Of a stretch of DNA of 64,000 nucleotides, positions 1 through 9,249 are shown piece after piece. The notes under the pieces were generated by a model. That model saw nothing but the letters and a program-made list of their open reading frames with translations, was not told the DNA's origin and did not search any database. Each line of letters opens with the position of its first letter. Within the stretch, counting starts at the first letter, position 1. Made by a program: the position numbers and the translations under genes. The stretch comes from a bacterium (GTDB lineage Bacteria > Patescibacteriota > Minisyncoccia > UBA6257 > GWB1-50-10): the NCBI GenBank assembly GCA_030647415.1, contig JAUSKB010000026.1:74894-138893 (forward strand), in the 5' to 3' direction.

Positions 1-810
1 CGCGTCAGCGAGAATGAAGTCAAGGAGGGCCTCCTCGTACTCGAGGCCGCCGGACTTCACCGACACATCATAGTCCGCGAGACGGACCACCGCGTCCCCA
101 CGCACCTGGTAGGCGAGCGAGTTGAAGATTTTGCCGGGTTCGGCGCCGGCGGCGAATAATTGTTCGAGTAGCGCAAGTTTGCTACCGGCAGAACCTGCGC
201 CCGCGAGCATCCGCGCCACGCGAAACACCTCGTCGGTGGCGCCCCACGGGATGAGTTTTTGAAGGTCCGGCAGTGAAACGGGAATTGGAAGTCCGGCAAG
301 CGAAATCCTTTCAAGCTCGTTCACCGCCCGACACGACCGGTCCGGATGGGCGGTGAGATACTCAAGAAAAAACCGTTTCGCATCTGGAGCGAACGCGACG
401 GCGCGTGGCTTCGCCTCCTTCAAAACGAATGTGTCCAAAAACTTCCCCGCAAGTTCCAGAAATTCCTGCACCTTTGCGGGCGGCTCGGCAAGGAACGCAA
501 ACGGCTTCGGTAGCTTCCCCTGCTCCGACACGAGCAGAAAAAAATGTTTGTCGTCCCGGTGCTCTTTCAAAACCACCCGCCATACCTTCTCATTGATTGC
601 GGTCGCCGCTCGAACCACGAGCATCTTCGCCGAAGAAAAGAGTGATGGCTGGAGTATAAACTCGCAGGCGCGGACCCAGGCGTCCGGCTCCTCCTCAAAA
701 TCCACGTCCATGAGGTCCGCATGCGCATGCTTCGCCTGGAAGGTCGCGACGAGCTCGCGGAGCTTTCGGTTCCGGCGATACGAGTCGGGCCCCTGGAGGA
801 GAAGCACCAT
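1..810 (-). CDS. holA: DNA polymerase III delta subunit-like protein (3' end runs off window)
   Basis: Manual translation from ATG at 810: MVLLLQGPDSYRRNRKLRELV...FILQPSLFSSAKMLVVR...AVNELERISL; open to position 1, so absent from the ORF track. Confidence 0.7.
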   Translation of the reverse strand, partial: MVLLLQGPDSYRRNRKLRELVATFQAKHAHADLMDVDFEEEPDAWVRACEFILQPSLFSSAKMLVVRAATAINEKVWRVVLKEHRDDKHFFLLVSEQGKLPKPFAFLAEPPAKVQEFLELAGKFLDTFVLKEAKPRAVAFAPDAKRFFLEYLTAHPDRSCRAVNELERISLAGLPIPVSLPDLQKLIPWGATDEVFRVARMLAGAGSAGSKLALLEQLFAAGAEPGKIFNSLAYQVRGDAVVRLADYDVSVKSGGLEYEEALLDFILADA

Positions 811-823
811 GGTGGTAGTTTAC

Positions 824-923
824 CCTGTTAGAAGTTTACATGCACACTACGCACCACTTCACGCGTCAGTGCTAAAAAATACTCCGCCGTCGCTGTAGTG
901 TATGTCTGTAAACTTCTAACAGG
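824..923. repeat. 100-bp inverted-repeat element copy 1
   Basis: cctgttagaagtttaca ... tgtaaacttctaacagg. Confidence 0.9.
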
Positions 924-954
924 GTGAACCCTGAAGATTTGCATACAATTTCAT

Positions 955-1051
955 CCTGTTAGAGTTTTACAGACATACAAATCCTATGAAAACGTGCTTA
1001 CCCGACAACAAACTTTTATATGCAATGGATTGTGTGTAAAACTCTAACAGG
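955..1051. repeat. 100-bp inverted-repeat element copy 2
   Basis: cctgttagagttttaca ... tgtaaaactctaacagg. Confidence 0.9.
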
Positions 1052-1066
1052 ATAAACTCATACGGT

Positions 1067-1435
1067 ATGAACGCGCGAGGGACGCTCGGACGGGAGGGGG
1101 AGGATATCGCCGCCGCATACCTGGTACAAAAAGGGTTCCACATCGTCACACGGAACGACCGGCGCCGCTGGGGCGAGCTCGACATTGTTGCCGTCGCACC
1201 GGACCGGACACTGGTGTTTGTCGAGGTGAAAACAATGCGCCCGGGGCGACTGAAACCGGAAGACCAGCTGTCAAAAGGCAAGCTCCGGCGGTTTGCGACG
1301 GCGGCGGGGCTCTACGCCGGAATCCACCAGGAGCTTGCGCGACCGGACCGCGGCTGGCGCATGGACGCGATTGCCGTCATCATCCCGCACGATGGCGCCG
1401 CTCCCAAACTCACCCATTACCTAAATGTCAGGTAA
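1067..1435 (+). CDS. yraN: YraN family (UPF0102) endonuclease
   Basis: GxxGEDIAAAYL...GELDIVA...LVFVEVKT...RMDAIAV motifs. Confidence 0.9.
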   Translation: MNARGTLGREGEDIAAAYLVQKGFHIVTRNDRRRWGELDIVAVAPDRTLVFVEVKTMRPGRLKPEDQLSKGKLRRFATAAGLYAGIHQELARPDRGWRMDAIAVIIPHDGAAPKLTHYLNVR

Positions 1436-1513
1436 CCCCGCCGCCCCGCCTCTCGAAGCACCGTTGTATCCATCACACCCCCTCTGGTACCATGAGGGAG
1501 TATTACACAACCT

Positions 1514-3367
1514 ATGACACCAAATCTTCGACAACTCTGGCGAAACATCGTCATCGTCATCCTCGCCCTTTCGTTCGTTTCACTCATCTTCTCGTTCCTC
1601 CTTGAGGATGGTGGTGCGCGCGCGGAAGAGCTCACGATGAACCAGGTGGTGGATCGGGTGAACGGCGGCGCGGTGCAGAAGATCACCGTCCAGGGGAATA
1701 GCTTGTCAATAGATCTGGTGGGTGGCGGCAAGGCAACCGCCCAGAAGGAGCGTGAGGTTGGACTCACGGAAACCCTGGTGAACTACGGCGTGAAGCCCGA
1801 CGCGCTCGCGAAGGTCGCGCTCTCCGTTGAGGATGAGGGTGGGTGGAACTACTGGCTCGGTATCCTTGTACCAACCATTCTCCCCATCATCCTCATCGTC
1901 ATCCTCTTTTCATGGATGCTTCGCTCCGCGCGCGCCGGCGCAAGCCAGGCGTTCTCGTTCGGCAAGGCGACCATTCGTCTCGTTGCACCAAGTAAGGACC
2001 GAATCACTTTTAAGGACGTGGCGGGGCTCAAGGAGGCAAAGGAAGAGATGGAGGAGGTGGTGGACTTCCTAAAGAATCCCAAGAAGTTCCTCTCGATGGG
2101 CGCGCGCATCCCCCGCGGCGTGCTCCTCATGGGGCACCCCGGCACCGGAAAGACGCTCCTTGCCCGCGCAGTCGCCGGCGAATCGAATGTCCCCTTCTTC
2201 CACCTCTCGGCATCCGAGTTCGTGGAGATGTTCGTGGGTGTGGGGGCGAGCCGAGTCCGCGACCTCTTCCAGAACGCCAAGAAGGCCGCGCCATCCATCG
2301 TCTTCATTGATGAAATCGACGCGGTGGGTCGCGAGCGGGGCACGGGCATGGGCGGCGGCCACGACGAGCGCGAGCAGACCTTGAACCAGATTCTTGTGGA
2401 GATGGACGGCTTCGAGCGGGAGACGAACGTTATCGTGATGGCCGCGACAAATCGCGCGGACATATTGGATTCCGCCCTCCTCCGACCCGGTCGGTTCGAC
2501 CGCCGTGTCGTGCTTGACATGCCAGACATCCAGGACCGCGAAGCGATTTTGAAGATCCACGCGAAGGAGAAGCCGCTCGCGAAGGACGTGAACCTGAACC
2601 AGATTGCCGTGCGTACCCCCGGGTTCTCGGGCGCTGACCTCGCGAACCTCATGAATGAGGCGGCTATTCTCGCGGCACGAAACGGCAAGAAGGAGATCGT
2701 TCAGCTTGACGTCCTGAACTCCATCGAGAAGGTGCTTCTGGGACCCGCACGCCGCTCCCGCGTCATTACCCCGCACGAGAAGCGGGTGACGGCGTACCAC
2801 GAGGCGGGGCACGCCTTGGTCGCCGCATCGCTCGCGGACGCCGACCCGGTCCATAAGGTCTCCATCGTCTCACGCGGCATGGCGGGCGGGTACACCATCA
2901 AGCTCCCGCTCGAGGAGCGCCGGCTCCGCACGAAGAAACAGTTTCTCACGGACCTCGCGGTCTCGTTCGGCGGGTACGTCGCGGAACTCTTGACGTTCGG
3001 CGACATTACCACCGGCTCATCGAACGACATCAGCCAGGCAACGGAGCTGGCACACCGGCTCGTCACCCAGTACGGCATGAACGAGACCCTGGGACCGCGC
3101 TCATTCGGCAAACAGAACGACCTCATCTTCCTCGGGCGGGAAATCACCTCTGGAAAAGATTATTCAGAGGAGGTTGGTGCGAAAATAGACGCAGAGGTGA
3201 ACCGGCTTATCGTGAACGCCGTCGCCCTCGCGAAGAAAATACTGACGAGGCAGAAGCGAACGCTTAAATCCATCGCCGAGCACCTCATTGAAAAAGAGAC
3301 TATTGAGTACGAGGAATTCAATGCACTCATGAAGACCGCGAAGCTGAAGCCGATGACGATAAGCTAG
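1514..3367 (+). CDS. ftsH: ATP-dependent zinc metalloprotease FtsH
   Basis: 2 TM helices, GHPGTGKT Walker [16 protein letters not shown] zinc motif. Confidence 0.97.
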   Translation: MTPNLRQLWRNIVIVILALSFVSLIFSFLLEDGGARAEELTMNQVVDRVNGGAVQKITVQGNSLSIDLVGGGKATAQKEREVGLTETLVNYGVKPDALAKVALSVEDEGGWNYWLGILVPTILPIILIVILFSWMLRSARAGASQAFSFGKATIRLVAPSKDRITFKDVAGLKEAKEEMEEVVDFLKNPKKFLSMGARIPRGVLLMGHPGTGKTLLARAVAGESNVPFFHLSASEFVEMFVGVGASRVRDLFQNAKKAAPSIVFIDEIDAVGRERGTGMGGGHDEREQTLNQILVEMDGFERETNVIVMAATNRADILDSALLRPGRFDRRVVLDMPDIQDREAILKIHAKEKPLAKDVNLNQIAVRTPGFSGADLANLMNEAAILAARNGKKEIVQLDVLNSIEKVLLGPARRSRVITPHEKRVTAYHEAGHALVAASLADADPVHKVSIVSRGMAGGYTIKLPLEERRLRTKKQFLTDLAVSFGGYVAELLTFGDITTGSSNDISQATELAHRLVTQYGMNETLGPRSFGKQNDLIFLGREITSGKDYSEEVGAKIDAEVNRLIVNAVALAKKILTRQKRTLKSIAEHLIEKETIEYEEFNALMKTAKLKPMTIS

Positions 3368-3378
3368 AAGGTATTTAT

Positions 3379-3415
3379 ATAGGGAAAGCCCCGCCATTGG
3401 CGGGGCTTTCCCTAT
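3379..3415. terminator. Probable bidirectional terminator hairpin between ftsH and tRNA-Ile
   Basis: 18-bp perfect arms atagggaaagccccgcca-t-tggcggggctttccctat between convergent genes. Confidence 0.7.
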
Positions 3416-3417
3416 CC

Positions 3418-3491
3418 TGGTCGGCCCGGCAGGAATCGGACCTACGTTCAATGTGTATAAGACATTTGCTCTACCATTGAGCTACGGGCCG
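3418..3491 (-). tRNA. tRNA-Ile (anticodon UAU)
   Basis: Cloverleaf: acceptor cggcccg/cgggccg, anticodon arm aatgt-ct-TAT-ac-acatt, encoded CCA; T-loop TCCGATT is atypical. Confidence 0.85.
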
Positions 3492-4144
3492 AATTTTTCC
3501 CGAACAGCTTTTAATCCCTGAAGTATCTTCTCAGCAACTCTAGCATTGCTTATTTTAATAGTACAGGTTCCATGGCCAAACGTGCCACGATTTATTGATT
3601 GTGAAGAATTTTTTTTGATATAGGGCTTCGTGAACTGCTCTCTCGGCAATTTAAGCGCGTGAGACCAATATGCTATCTCTGATTCTATATTCATATCACT
3701 GTAAAGATGCAGGTGTACGCGTATTTTTTCTTTCTCCAAATTAAGACAATGTGTTGTCCAATAGATAAAAAACTTCGGCACTGCAGGGTCGGTATTTGCA
3801 ACTTCCAGTTCCGAAACCCTCGTTTTTGAACCTTCTCCCCAGTAAAGGAAGAGTCCGGCTATGTACAAGTCTCTTTTCGAAAACGGGAAGATTTCATCTT
3901 TTTGAGACTCGTAAACTACTTGTAGCCGTAGTTCTTTTTTTCTAAACATCGTCTCACGGTATCGCTCAATACGAACTTCATTCCAATCGCGAAGAGCCCT
4001 GACCCGCTCCTTTGAGAGCGGGAGGCCACAAAGCCAGTAACTTAAGGTGCTTTTACTTACCCCTAGTTCTTTCTTGATCTGGCTATAGCTTTTTCCCTCT
4101 TTTCGCAAAGCTAATGCTCTCTGTTTGTCTTTTACTCGAGTCAT
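3482..4144 (-). CDS. HTH plus LAGLIDADG-like domain protein adjacent to tRNA
   Basis: N-terminal HTH (LRKEGKSYSQIKKELGVSKSTLSYW), then AGLFLYWGEGSK...ANTDP; AT-rich; stop lies inside tRNA 5' end. Confidence 0.7.
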   Translation of the reverse strand: MTRVKDKQRALALRKEGKSYSQIKKELGVSKSTLSYWLCGLPLSKERVRALRDWNEVRIERYRETMFRKKELRLQVVYESQKDEIFPFSKRDLYIAGLFLYWGEGSKTRVSELEVANTDPAVPKFFIYWTTHCLNLEKEKIRVHLHLYSDMNIESEIAYWSHALKLPREQFTKPYIKKNSSQSINRGTFGHGTCTIKISNARVAEKILQGLKAVREKFGP

Positions 4145-4228
4145 GAACAGTGTTTATATCATACGTTATTCACAGGTTCATTTTATCACATTTGCATAAT
4201 AAAAAGCTGTGTATAGAGTAATGCAATA

Positions 4229-4302
4229 GGGCGCTTAGCTCAGCTGGTTAGAGCGACTCGTTTACACCGAGTAGGTCGGGGGTTCGAATCCCTCAGCGCC
4301 CA
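4229..4302 (+). tRNA. tRNA-Val (anticodon UAC)
   Basis: gggcgct/agcgccc acceptor, actcg-tt-TAC-ac-cgagt, GGTTCGAATCC T arm. Confidence 0.95.
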
Positions 4303-4486
4303 CAAGAAGCCCCGCCGTAGTGGGGCTTCGCGGTTGGGTGCTGGAGCGAGGCGATTGCTCGCCTCGCGTTCGGGATTCGAACGCCGGAGCTTGTCCCGAG
4401 GAGCACCAAGGGACGCGAGGCGGTGGCCAGCCCGAGGAGCGCGACGGCGCGACGAGAGGAGAGGCAGAATCCCTCAGCGCCCACAA
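4286..4486 (+). repeat. 20-bp direct repeat of tRNA-Val 3' end enclosing a ~160-bp GC-rich structured insert
   Basis: gaatccctcagcgcccacaa at 4286-4305 and 4467-4486. Confidence 0.85.
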
Positions 4487-4515
4487 AAAACCCCACACTC
4501 GGTGCGGGGTTTCGA

Positions 4516-5499
4516 TTACAATCCGTATTCGCTCAAATCTTTCCCATCCCGTATATCATCTCGCATCTTCGTGATGCGCGCCTTTTCCCCTGGATGGCTA
4601 GCGAAGTACCGCTTGTGCTTTGGTAGGGCGCTACTCAATATGAACGGATTCAGGCGGCCGACCGCACTCCAGCGTTTTCCAGCTCGGAAATCCTCCTTCG
4701 CCATGTCGACCGCGTTTTCAATCTCCGTCGCGACCTCCCCTTCCCACTTTTTTCCTGAACCGGAGGATTCGATCCTTGCCTCCAGCGACTTTCGGGCGGC
4801 ACCGAAGACTGCAAGCACCTCCTCGCCTGCACCATCTTGCTCCGCATCCCTGCCGGCGTACCCCAACGCTTCAATCACCGTATCGAGACGGCTTCGGTCA
4901 GCATACCCCGCCTCAATCCAGAGCGTGACCGATTTCACGATGTTCTCCGCCTTTTCCACCGAGTCGATGCCATGCATTCGCTGCCCCTCCCGACCCAGAT
5001 CGGCATCGGCTGGAATGCCTTCCTGCGACCGCCAGAAACCGACGATCTCAAGGGCGCGCATTACCAAGGGATTACTCACGTCCCGAGGATTTTTCACCCC
5101 CGCGTCATGCAGAGATTTTGCCGCCGCGAGAATCTGGTCGTAGAAAACGGGCTCGCGTTCAGGATTTAACGGGGGGTTTTCGAGGTCACCCGCCTCCTGT
5201 TCGAGAAAATCCTCTGTTACGTCTCCCGCATACTCTGAATCGGTGAACCCCGCGTCGAGAAATATTTTCGTCCGCTCAATTCCGAATCGTCGAGCGGCGG
5301 CGGGGTCGTTCGCGGTGCGTTCCTCTTCCTGCGCCACCCACTTTTCGAGCAACGCGTTCGCCTCCTGCACCTCCGGGTCGGTCCTGTCGAGATTCGCCGG
5401 GTCCGTGATGCCGCGCCCGGCGAACTTCCGGAACGCGGCGACAACCTCATCACGGGTCACCGGCGTTTCAGGGGGTACGATGTTCTCGTTTCTGTTCAT
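4516..5499 (-). CDS. Hypothetical acidic alpha-helical protein
   Basis: 327-aa ORF, GGAGTAGGT upstream, weak internal repeat (xxLxxxGIxDP / FLDAGF vs WIEAGY). Confidence 0.7.
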   Translation of the reverse strand: MNRNENIVPPETPVTRDEVVAAFRKFAGRGITDPANLDRTDPEVQEANALLEKWVAQEEERTANDPAAARRFGIERTKIFLDAGFTDSEYAGDVTEDFLEQEAGDLENPPLNPEREPVFYDQILAAAKSLHDAGVKNPRDVSNPLVMRALEIVGFWRSQEGIPADADLGREGQRMHGIDSVEKAENIVKSVTLWIEAGYADRSRLDTVIEALGYAGRDAEQDGAGEEVLAVFGAARKSLEARIESSGSGKKWEGEVATEIENAVDMAKEDFRAGKRWSAVGRLNPFILSSALPKHKRYFASHPGEKARITKMRDDIRDGKDLSEYGL

Positions 5500-5601
5500 A
5501 GCACCTACTCCTTTGTTTGTTCTTCTGGTACCCTACATCAGAAACTGCCTCGTCGCAATGAGCCCCAACTTTCCCCCAGGCCGAACCAATTCCCCCACCG
5601 C

Positions 5602-6357
5602 ATGAGGATCGCAACATGGAATACGGGCGGCGAGCGGTGGTATTCGCGGACCCGTGGCACACGCTACTACCGCGCGCTTTTCGGTGCCAGTCCCGACATC
5701 ATCTGCCTCCAGGAGGTACCCAACCCAGCCGCGATTCGGGGGTACGCCGCCGACTACACGCTGGTCGCCGCACCTGCGCCCGGCTACACGAACAGCTCCT
5801 TCAACCATAACCTCATCCTCACAAGGTCGCCAGCCAGAGAAACCGGCGAGATTTCATTCCCACACATGGACGACGCGGGAGGGTACGAGCGCGTTCTCTG
5901 GGTAGATGTTGCGTTCGGTCGAGCGACGCTCCGCGTGTACAACTGCCACCTCCGCATCGTTCGTGCTGGCCCCGCGGAACGGCTCCAGCAGCTCCGCGTC
6001 ATCCTTGACCACGCCGCGAAGCACCACGGCCCAGCAATCATCTGCGGTGACATGAACACTGCCGGCGAGGTCGCGGGCATCGCCCAGTGGTTTATCCCCC
6101 GATATTACCACTGGCCGGCACGAGCGAATGAATCGGAGCGAAGCGTTTTTTCCGCGACTGCAAATACCGAAGGATTTCAAGAAGCGCTCCCTCTCGATAC
6201 GCCAACGTGGATTGTGCCGTACCTCCGCCAGCCGTTCATGAATCTCAAGCTCGACTGGTGCCTCTTCAAGGGACTCCGCCCCACACACGCGCGCGCGGTA
6301 ACTTTGGGGTCGGACCACCGCGCAATCATCGTTGACGCCGCACCGAGCGGCGAGTAG
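5602..6357 (+). CDS. Endonuclease/exonuclease/phosphatase (EEP) family protein
   Basis: MRIATWN, PDIICLQE, CGDMN, KLDW, SDHRAI motifs. Confidence 0.9.
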   Translation: MRIATWNTGGERWYSRTRGTRYYRALFGASPDIICLQEVPNPAAIRGYAADYTLVAAPAPGYTNSSFNHNLILTRSPARETGEISFPHMDDAGGYERVLWVDVAFGRATLRVYNCHLRIVRAGPAERLQQLRVILDHAAKHHGPAIICGDMNTAGEVAGIAQWFIPRYYHWPARANESERSVFSATANTEGFQEALPLDTPTWIVPYLRQPFMNLKLDWCLFKGLRPTHARAVTLGSDHRAIIVDAAPSGE

Positions 6358-6369
6358 GGTGAGAGTACT

Positions 6370-6852
6370 ATGCTGCCGAAATTCAAAAGTTCGCTCGGCC
6401 TCGACCTCGGCATCCCCGAAGTGGTCCGAGAGATTCTGACCTTCATGCGCGCCGACGCGCGCCGACGGTACACCGTCATCATCGGAAGCGATTCTCTCCT
6501 CCTCCCCTCGAAAAACGCTGACTTCGTGACTGCCATCGTGGTCCACCGCGTGGGGAACGGCGGCCGGTACTTCTGGCGCCGCACAGACCACGGGAAGTTT
6601 CACACGCTCCGCGACCGCATCATCCGCGAGGTGCTCCTGTCGCTCGAGGCGGCAGACCTCCTCCTGAAAGAGTTGCGCGATCAGGCGGGAGACATCGAGT
6701 GGAGCTTCGAAATCCACGCGGACGTGGGCGAGAATGGTCCTACAAAGGCGCTCATCCAGGAGGTGGTGGGCATGATCCGCGCCTCTAACTTCGAAGCAAG
6801 GACAAAGCCGCAGAGCTACGCGGCGTCAAAGGTGGCGGACCGGCACGTATAG
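6370..6852 (+). CDS. RNase H-like YkuK family protein
   Basis: IIGSDS, AIVVHRVGNGG, EIHADVGENG, YAASKVADRH. Confidence 0.85.
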   Translation: MLPKFKSSLGLDLGIPEVVREILTFMRADARRRYTVIIGSDSLLLPSKNADFVTAIVVHRVGNGGRYFWRRTDHGKFHTLRDRIIREVLLSLEAADLLLKELRDQAGDIEWSFEIHADVGENGPTKALIQEVVGMIRASNFEARTKPQSYAASKVADRHV

Positions 6853-7361
6853 TAATCGCGAATAATGCGAATCGGGGGAGGTAATAATGCGAATGGGGAA
6901 CGAACCCGATACGAGTAGCGGAAACAAAGAGCTGATACTCCCGGAATTGAGCTACGCTATCATCGGCGCAGCGTTCACCGTATTCAACCATCTCGGTTGG
7001 GGATTTTCCGAGAAAGACTACGGAAATGCGCTTGCAATAGAGCTTCAAAAACAAACTATTAACTTCAAGCGAGAGGTGTATGTCCCGTTACGGTATGGAC
7101 CGGAAAATGTCGGCAGGTATTTTGCCGATTTCATCATCGAGGGAAAAATATTGGTTGAGTTGAAAGTTGTCCACAAATTAGGGTACACTCATGCGAAGCA
7201 GGTGCTAGGGTACCTCCGATCTGGGGGGTTCCGGCTCGGTCTGCTCATCTATTTTACGAACGGCGGGGTGAAATATCGCCGCATTCTGAACAGCGGCGTA
7301 TAATGTTCGCTTCGTAACTATTCGCATTATTACGCATCAATTCGCATTATTCGCGATTACT
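6851..7361. mobile_element. GxxExxY cassette bounded by perfect 22-bp terminal inverted repeats
   Basis: agtaatcgcgaataatgcgaat (6851-6872) and its exact complement (7340-7361). Confidence 0.65.
6887..7303 (+). CDS. GxxExxY protein (PD-(D/E)XK-like)
   Basis: LGWGFSEKDY motif, ADFIIEGKILVELK, QVLGYL. Confidence 0.9.
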   Translation: MRMGNEPDTSSGNKELILPELSYAIIGAAFTVFNHLGWGFSEKDYGNALAIELQKQTINFKREVYVPLRYGPENVGRYFADFIIEGKILVELKVVHKLGYTHAKQVLGYLRSGGFRLGLLIYFTNGGVKYRRILNSGV

Positions 7362-7363
7362 CC

Positions 7364-7939
7364 ATGGCACACGACAAAATCGTATTCGACATAGAAACCA
7401 AGAACACCTTCGAGGATGTGGGTGGGCAGGCGAACATCACGAAGCTCGAGGCCTCCGTCATTGGCGTCTACTCCTACAACCGGGACCAGTACCGCGCCTT
7501 CGAGGAGCGAGAGTTTCCAGAGCTCGGCGAGTGGCTCCAGCAGGCGCACCTGCTCGTCGGCTTCTACAGCAAGAAGTTCGATGTGCCGGTCATGGAGAAG
7601 TATTTCTCCTTCAAGCTCGCCGCCATCCGGCACTTCGATATGCTGGAGGAAATCGAGAAGCGGCTCGGGCGCCGCATCGGCCTCGGCGTCCTCGCGGAGG
7701 CGAACCTCGGGGAGGGGAAGAGTGGCCACGGCCTCGAGGCAATCGACCTCTGGCGAAACGGCGAACTTGAGAAGCTCAAATCTTACTGCCTCCAGGATGT
7801 GAAAATCACAAGGGACCTCTACGAACGCATCCTCACGCAGAAATACCTCTGGATACCCGAGCGGAACGTGCCGCAGATGACGAAACTCGACTTCTCGGAC
7901 TATACTGAATCGAAGGCGCCACAGGCCGCCCTGCTATGA
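7364..7939 (+). CDS. RNase H-like / DEDD-type exonuclease domain protein
   Basis: IVFDIET, VGFYSKKFD, YCLQDVKIT. Confidence 0.8.
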   Translation: MAHDKIVFDIETKNTFEDVGGQANITKLEASVIGVYSYNRDQYRAFEEREFPELGEWLQQAHLLVGFYSKKFDVPVMEKYFSFKLAAIRHFDMLEEIEKRLGRRIGLGVLAEANLGEGKSGHGLEAIDLWRNGELEKLKSYCLQDVKITRDLYERILTQKYLWIPERNVPQMTKLDFSDYTESKAPQAALL

Positions 7940-8090
7940 GTAATCGCCAATAATGCGAATAGCACTCGGTAATAATGCGAATGAAAGGAGTAATCGCGAA
8001 TAATGCGAATGGCAGAGGTAATAATGCGAATGAAATGCGCATGTATTCGCATTATTACTGAATTTTAATTAGCATTATTAGCGACTACTC
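7938..8090. repeat. Empty inverted-repeat cassette of the GxxExxY type
   Basis: Four taatgcgaat units followed by two complementary att(c/a)gcatta units; no ORF inside. Confidence 0.85.
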
Positions 8091-8091
8091 C

Positions 8092-8346
8092 ATGATGAAG
8101 ATTTTGAAAAATGAAAAATTGGCCCGCTGGGTCATCGGCATCGTGGTCGTGGGCCTCGTCATGGCCTACGTGCCGCTTCTTTTTGTTCCGCAACCGGCAC
8201 AGGCACCGGAACCAACGCCGCAACCCGCTCCGGACCAGTATCTACCCCAACAGCCGATCGAATTGCCTGCAGTGACGCCGCCCGAAATCGTAACCTCGAC
8301 CGTCGGCGTCTCGGTCACCAGCACCGCGACCGGAACGACGCAGTAG
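8092..8346 (+). CDS. Small membrane-anchored Pro/Thr-rich protein
   Basis: N-terminal TM helix, low-complexity tail. Confidence 0.65.
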   Translation: MMKILKNEKLARWVIGIVVVGLVMAYVPLLFVPQPAQAPEPTPQPAPDQYLPQQPIELPAVTPPEIVTSTVGVSVTSTATGTTQ

Positions 8347-8372
8347 GGTGTGGGTGCGGTACTACCGCTCAC

Positions 8373-8450
8373 TATCGAAGTCGGACTTCGATAATTGCGC
8401 TTTGAATTGCGCGAGGCAAGAGGCAACTATGGAGGTTCAACCTCGATAGT
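8373..8450. repeat. Pair of REP-like palindromes (ACTATsGARGT-nnn-ACYTCGATA)
   Basis: tatcgaagtcggacttcgata 8373-8393 and actatggaggttcaacctcgatagt 8426-8450; relatives at 21112 and 48471. Confidence 0.6.
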
Positions 8451-8478
8451 CTGGCATGGATGCTAGTCCTTTTCGTGA

Positions 8479-8508
8479 TTGACATTTATGCATAATTAGT
8501 GTTATCAT
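8479..8508 (+). promoter_or_regulatory. Sigma70-like promoter
   Basis: TTGACA-N18-TATCAT with TG extension. Confidence 0.6.
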
Positions 8509-8590
8509 TTCATCAGCAACGTCCACTAAGGGCGTGCTTCACAAAAAATCTTCGTGGCCCGAACGAAAGGGCTAACGAAAGGAGATTTAT

Positions 8591-9205
8591 GTGTCAAAAT
8601 TCCAAATTCTGCGACCCGTGATCGTGGTAGTGGTCGCAATATGCTCATACCAAATCCTGGATTCGGTATGGGGCAACGACGACGCTTCTCTGTTTGGCGC
8701 AATGTTTTTCTGTGTTCTCGCGGTCGCCTTCTTATTCCCCTTCGGGGGAAATGTGGCACTGTATGACCTCCTCATGAAAAAGCAGCGGGCGATCAAAAGG
8801 ATCGCTACGCTCATTGTAAATGAGTGCGCGTACGGTCCGGGCGGCGTCAAAATAGATCCTGAATTATTCGAAATGTCCTTGAGGGAAAAGTCGAAACGCG
8901 AGGAGATGCAGGCGCTTCTCGATTCTCTCGTCGCCGAAAAAGCGCGGGAGGCGGCGGATGCGTTCATTGAGCAGAAGGGCGCCCAAACCGCACTGCAAAA
9001 TATGCGCCGCGACCTGAAAAACAGAATCGGATGGGGCTCGAAGACTCGGAATCAAATCGACACAGAGCTCGAAGTTGTCCAGAGAGCAGATGAAAAAGCG
9101 ACGGTAGCGAAAGTATGGTTTAATCGACGCCGAGATGTCGTTCGCGACGCGGGATTCGAGGTGTGGGACGATTTTGAGTGTTATCTAGCACTTAAAATCA
9201 ACTGA
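8591..9205 (+). CDS. Hypothetical membrane protein with coiled-coil C-terminus
   Basis: GTG start after AAAGGAG, 2 TM segments, hairpin gagcccc...gggggcttc downstream. Confidence 0.7.
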   Translation: MSKFQILRPVIVVVVAICSYQILDSVWGNDDASLFGAMFFCVLAVAFLFPFGGNVALYDLLMKKQRAIKRIATLIVNECAYGPGGVKIDPELFEMSLREKSKREEMQALLDSLVAEKAREAADAFIEQKGAQTALQNMRRDLKNRIGWGSKTRNQIDTELEVVQRADEKATVAKVWFNRRRDVVRDAGFEVWDDFECYLALKIN

Positions 9206-9249
9206 CAGAGTTAATCCGAGCCCCTGCGTGAACCGCGGGGGCTTCGACT

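Noticed and set aside
323-354. GC hairpin in holA resembling the 27-bp unit
   Set aside because: The interior does not match, and the peptide fits the expected position before NELE without an obvious insertion.
353-898. 181-aa plus-strand ORF and the many other long shadow ORFs (e.g. 1849-2688, 26422-27648, 43594-44685)
   Set aside because: They are antisense or off-frame shadows of recognisable GC-rich genes; the holA-like gene occupies the opposite strand here.
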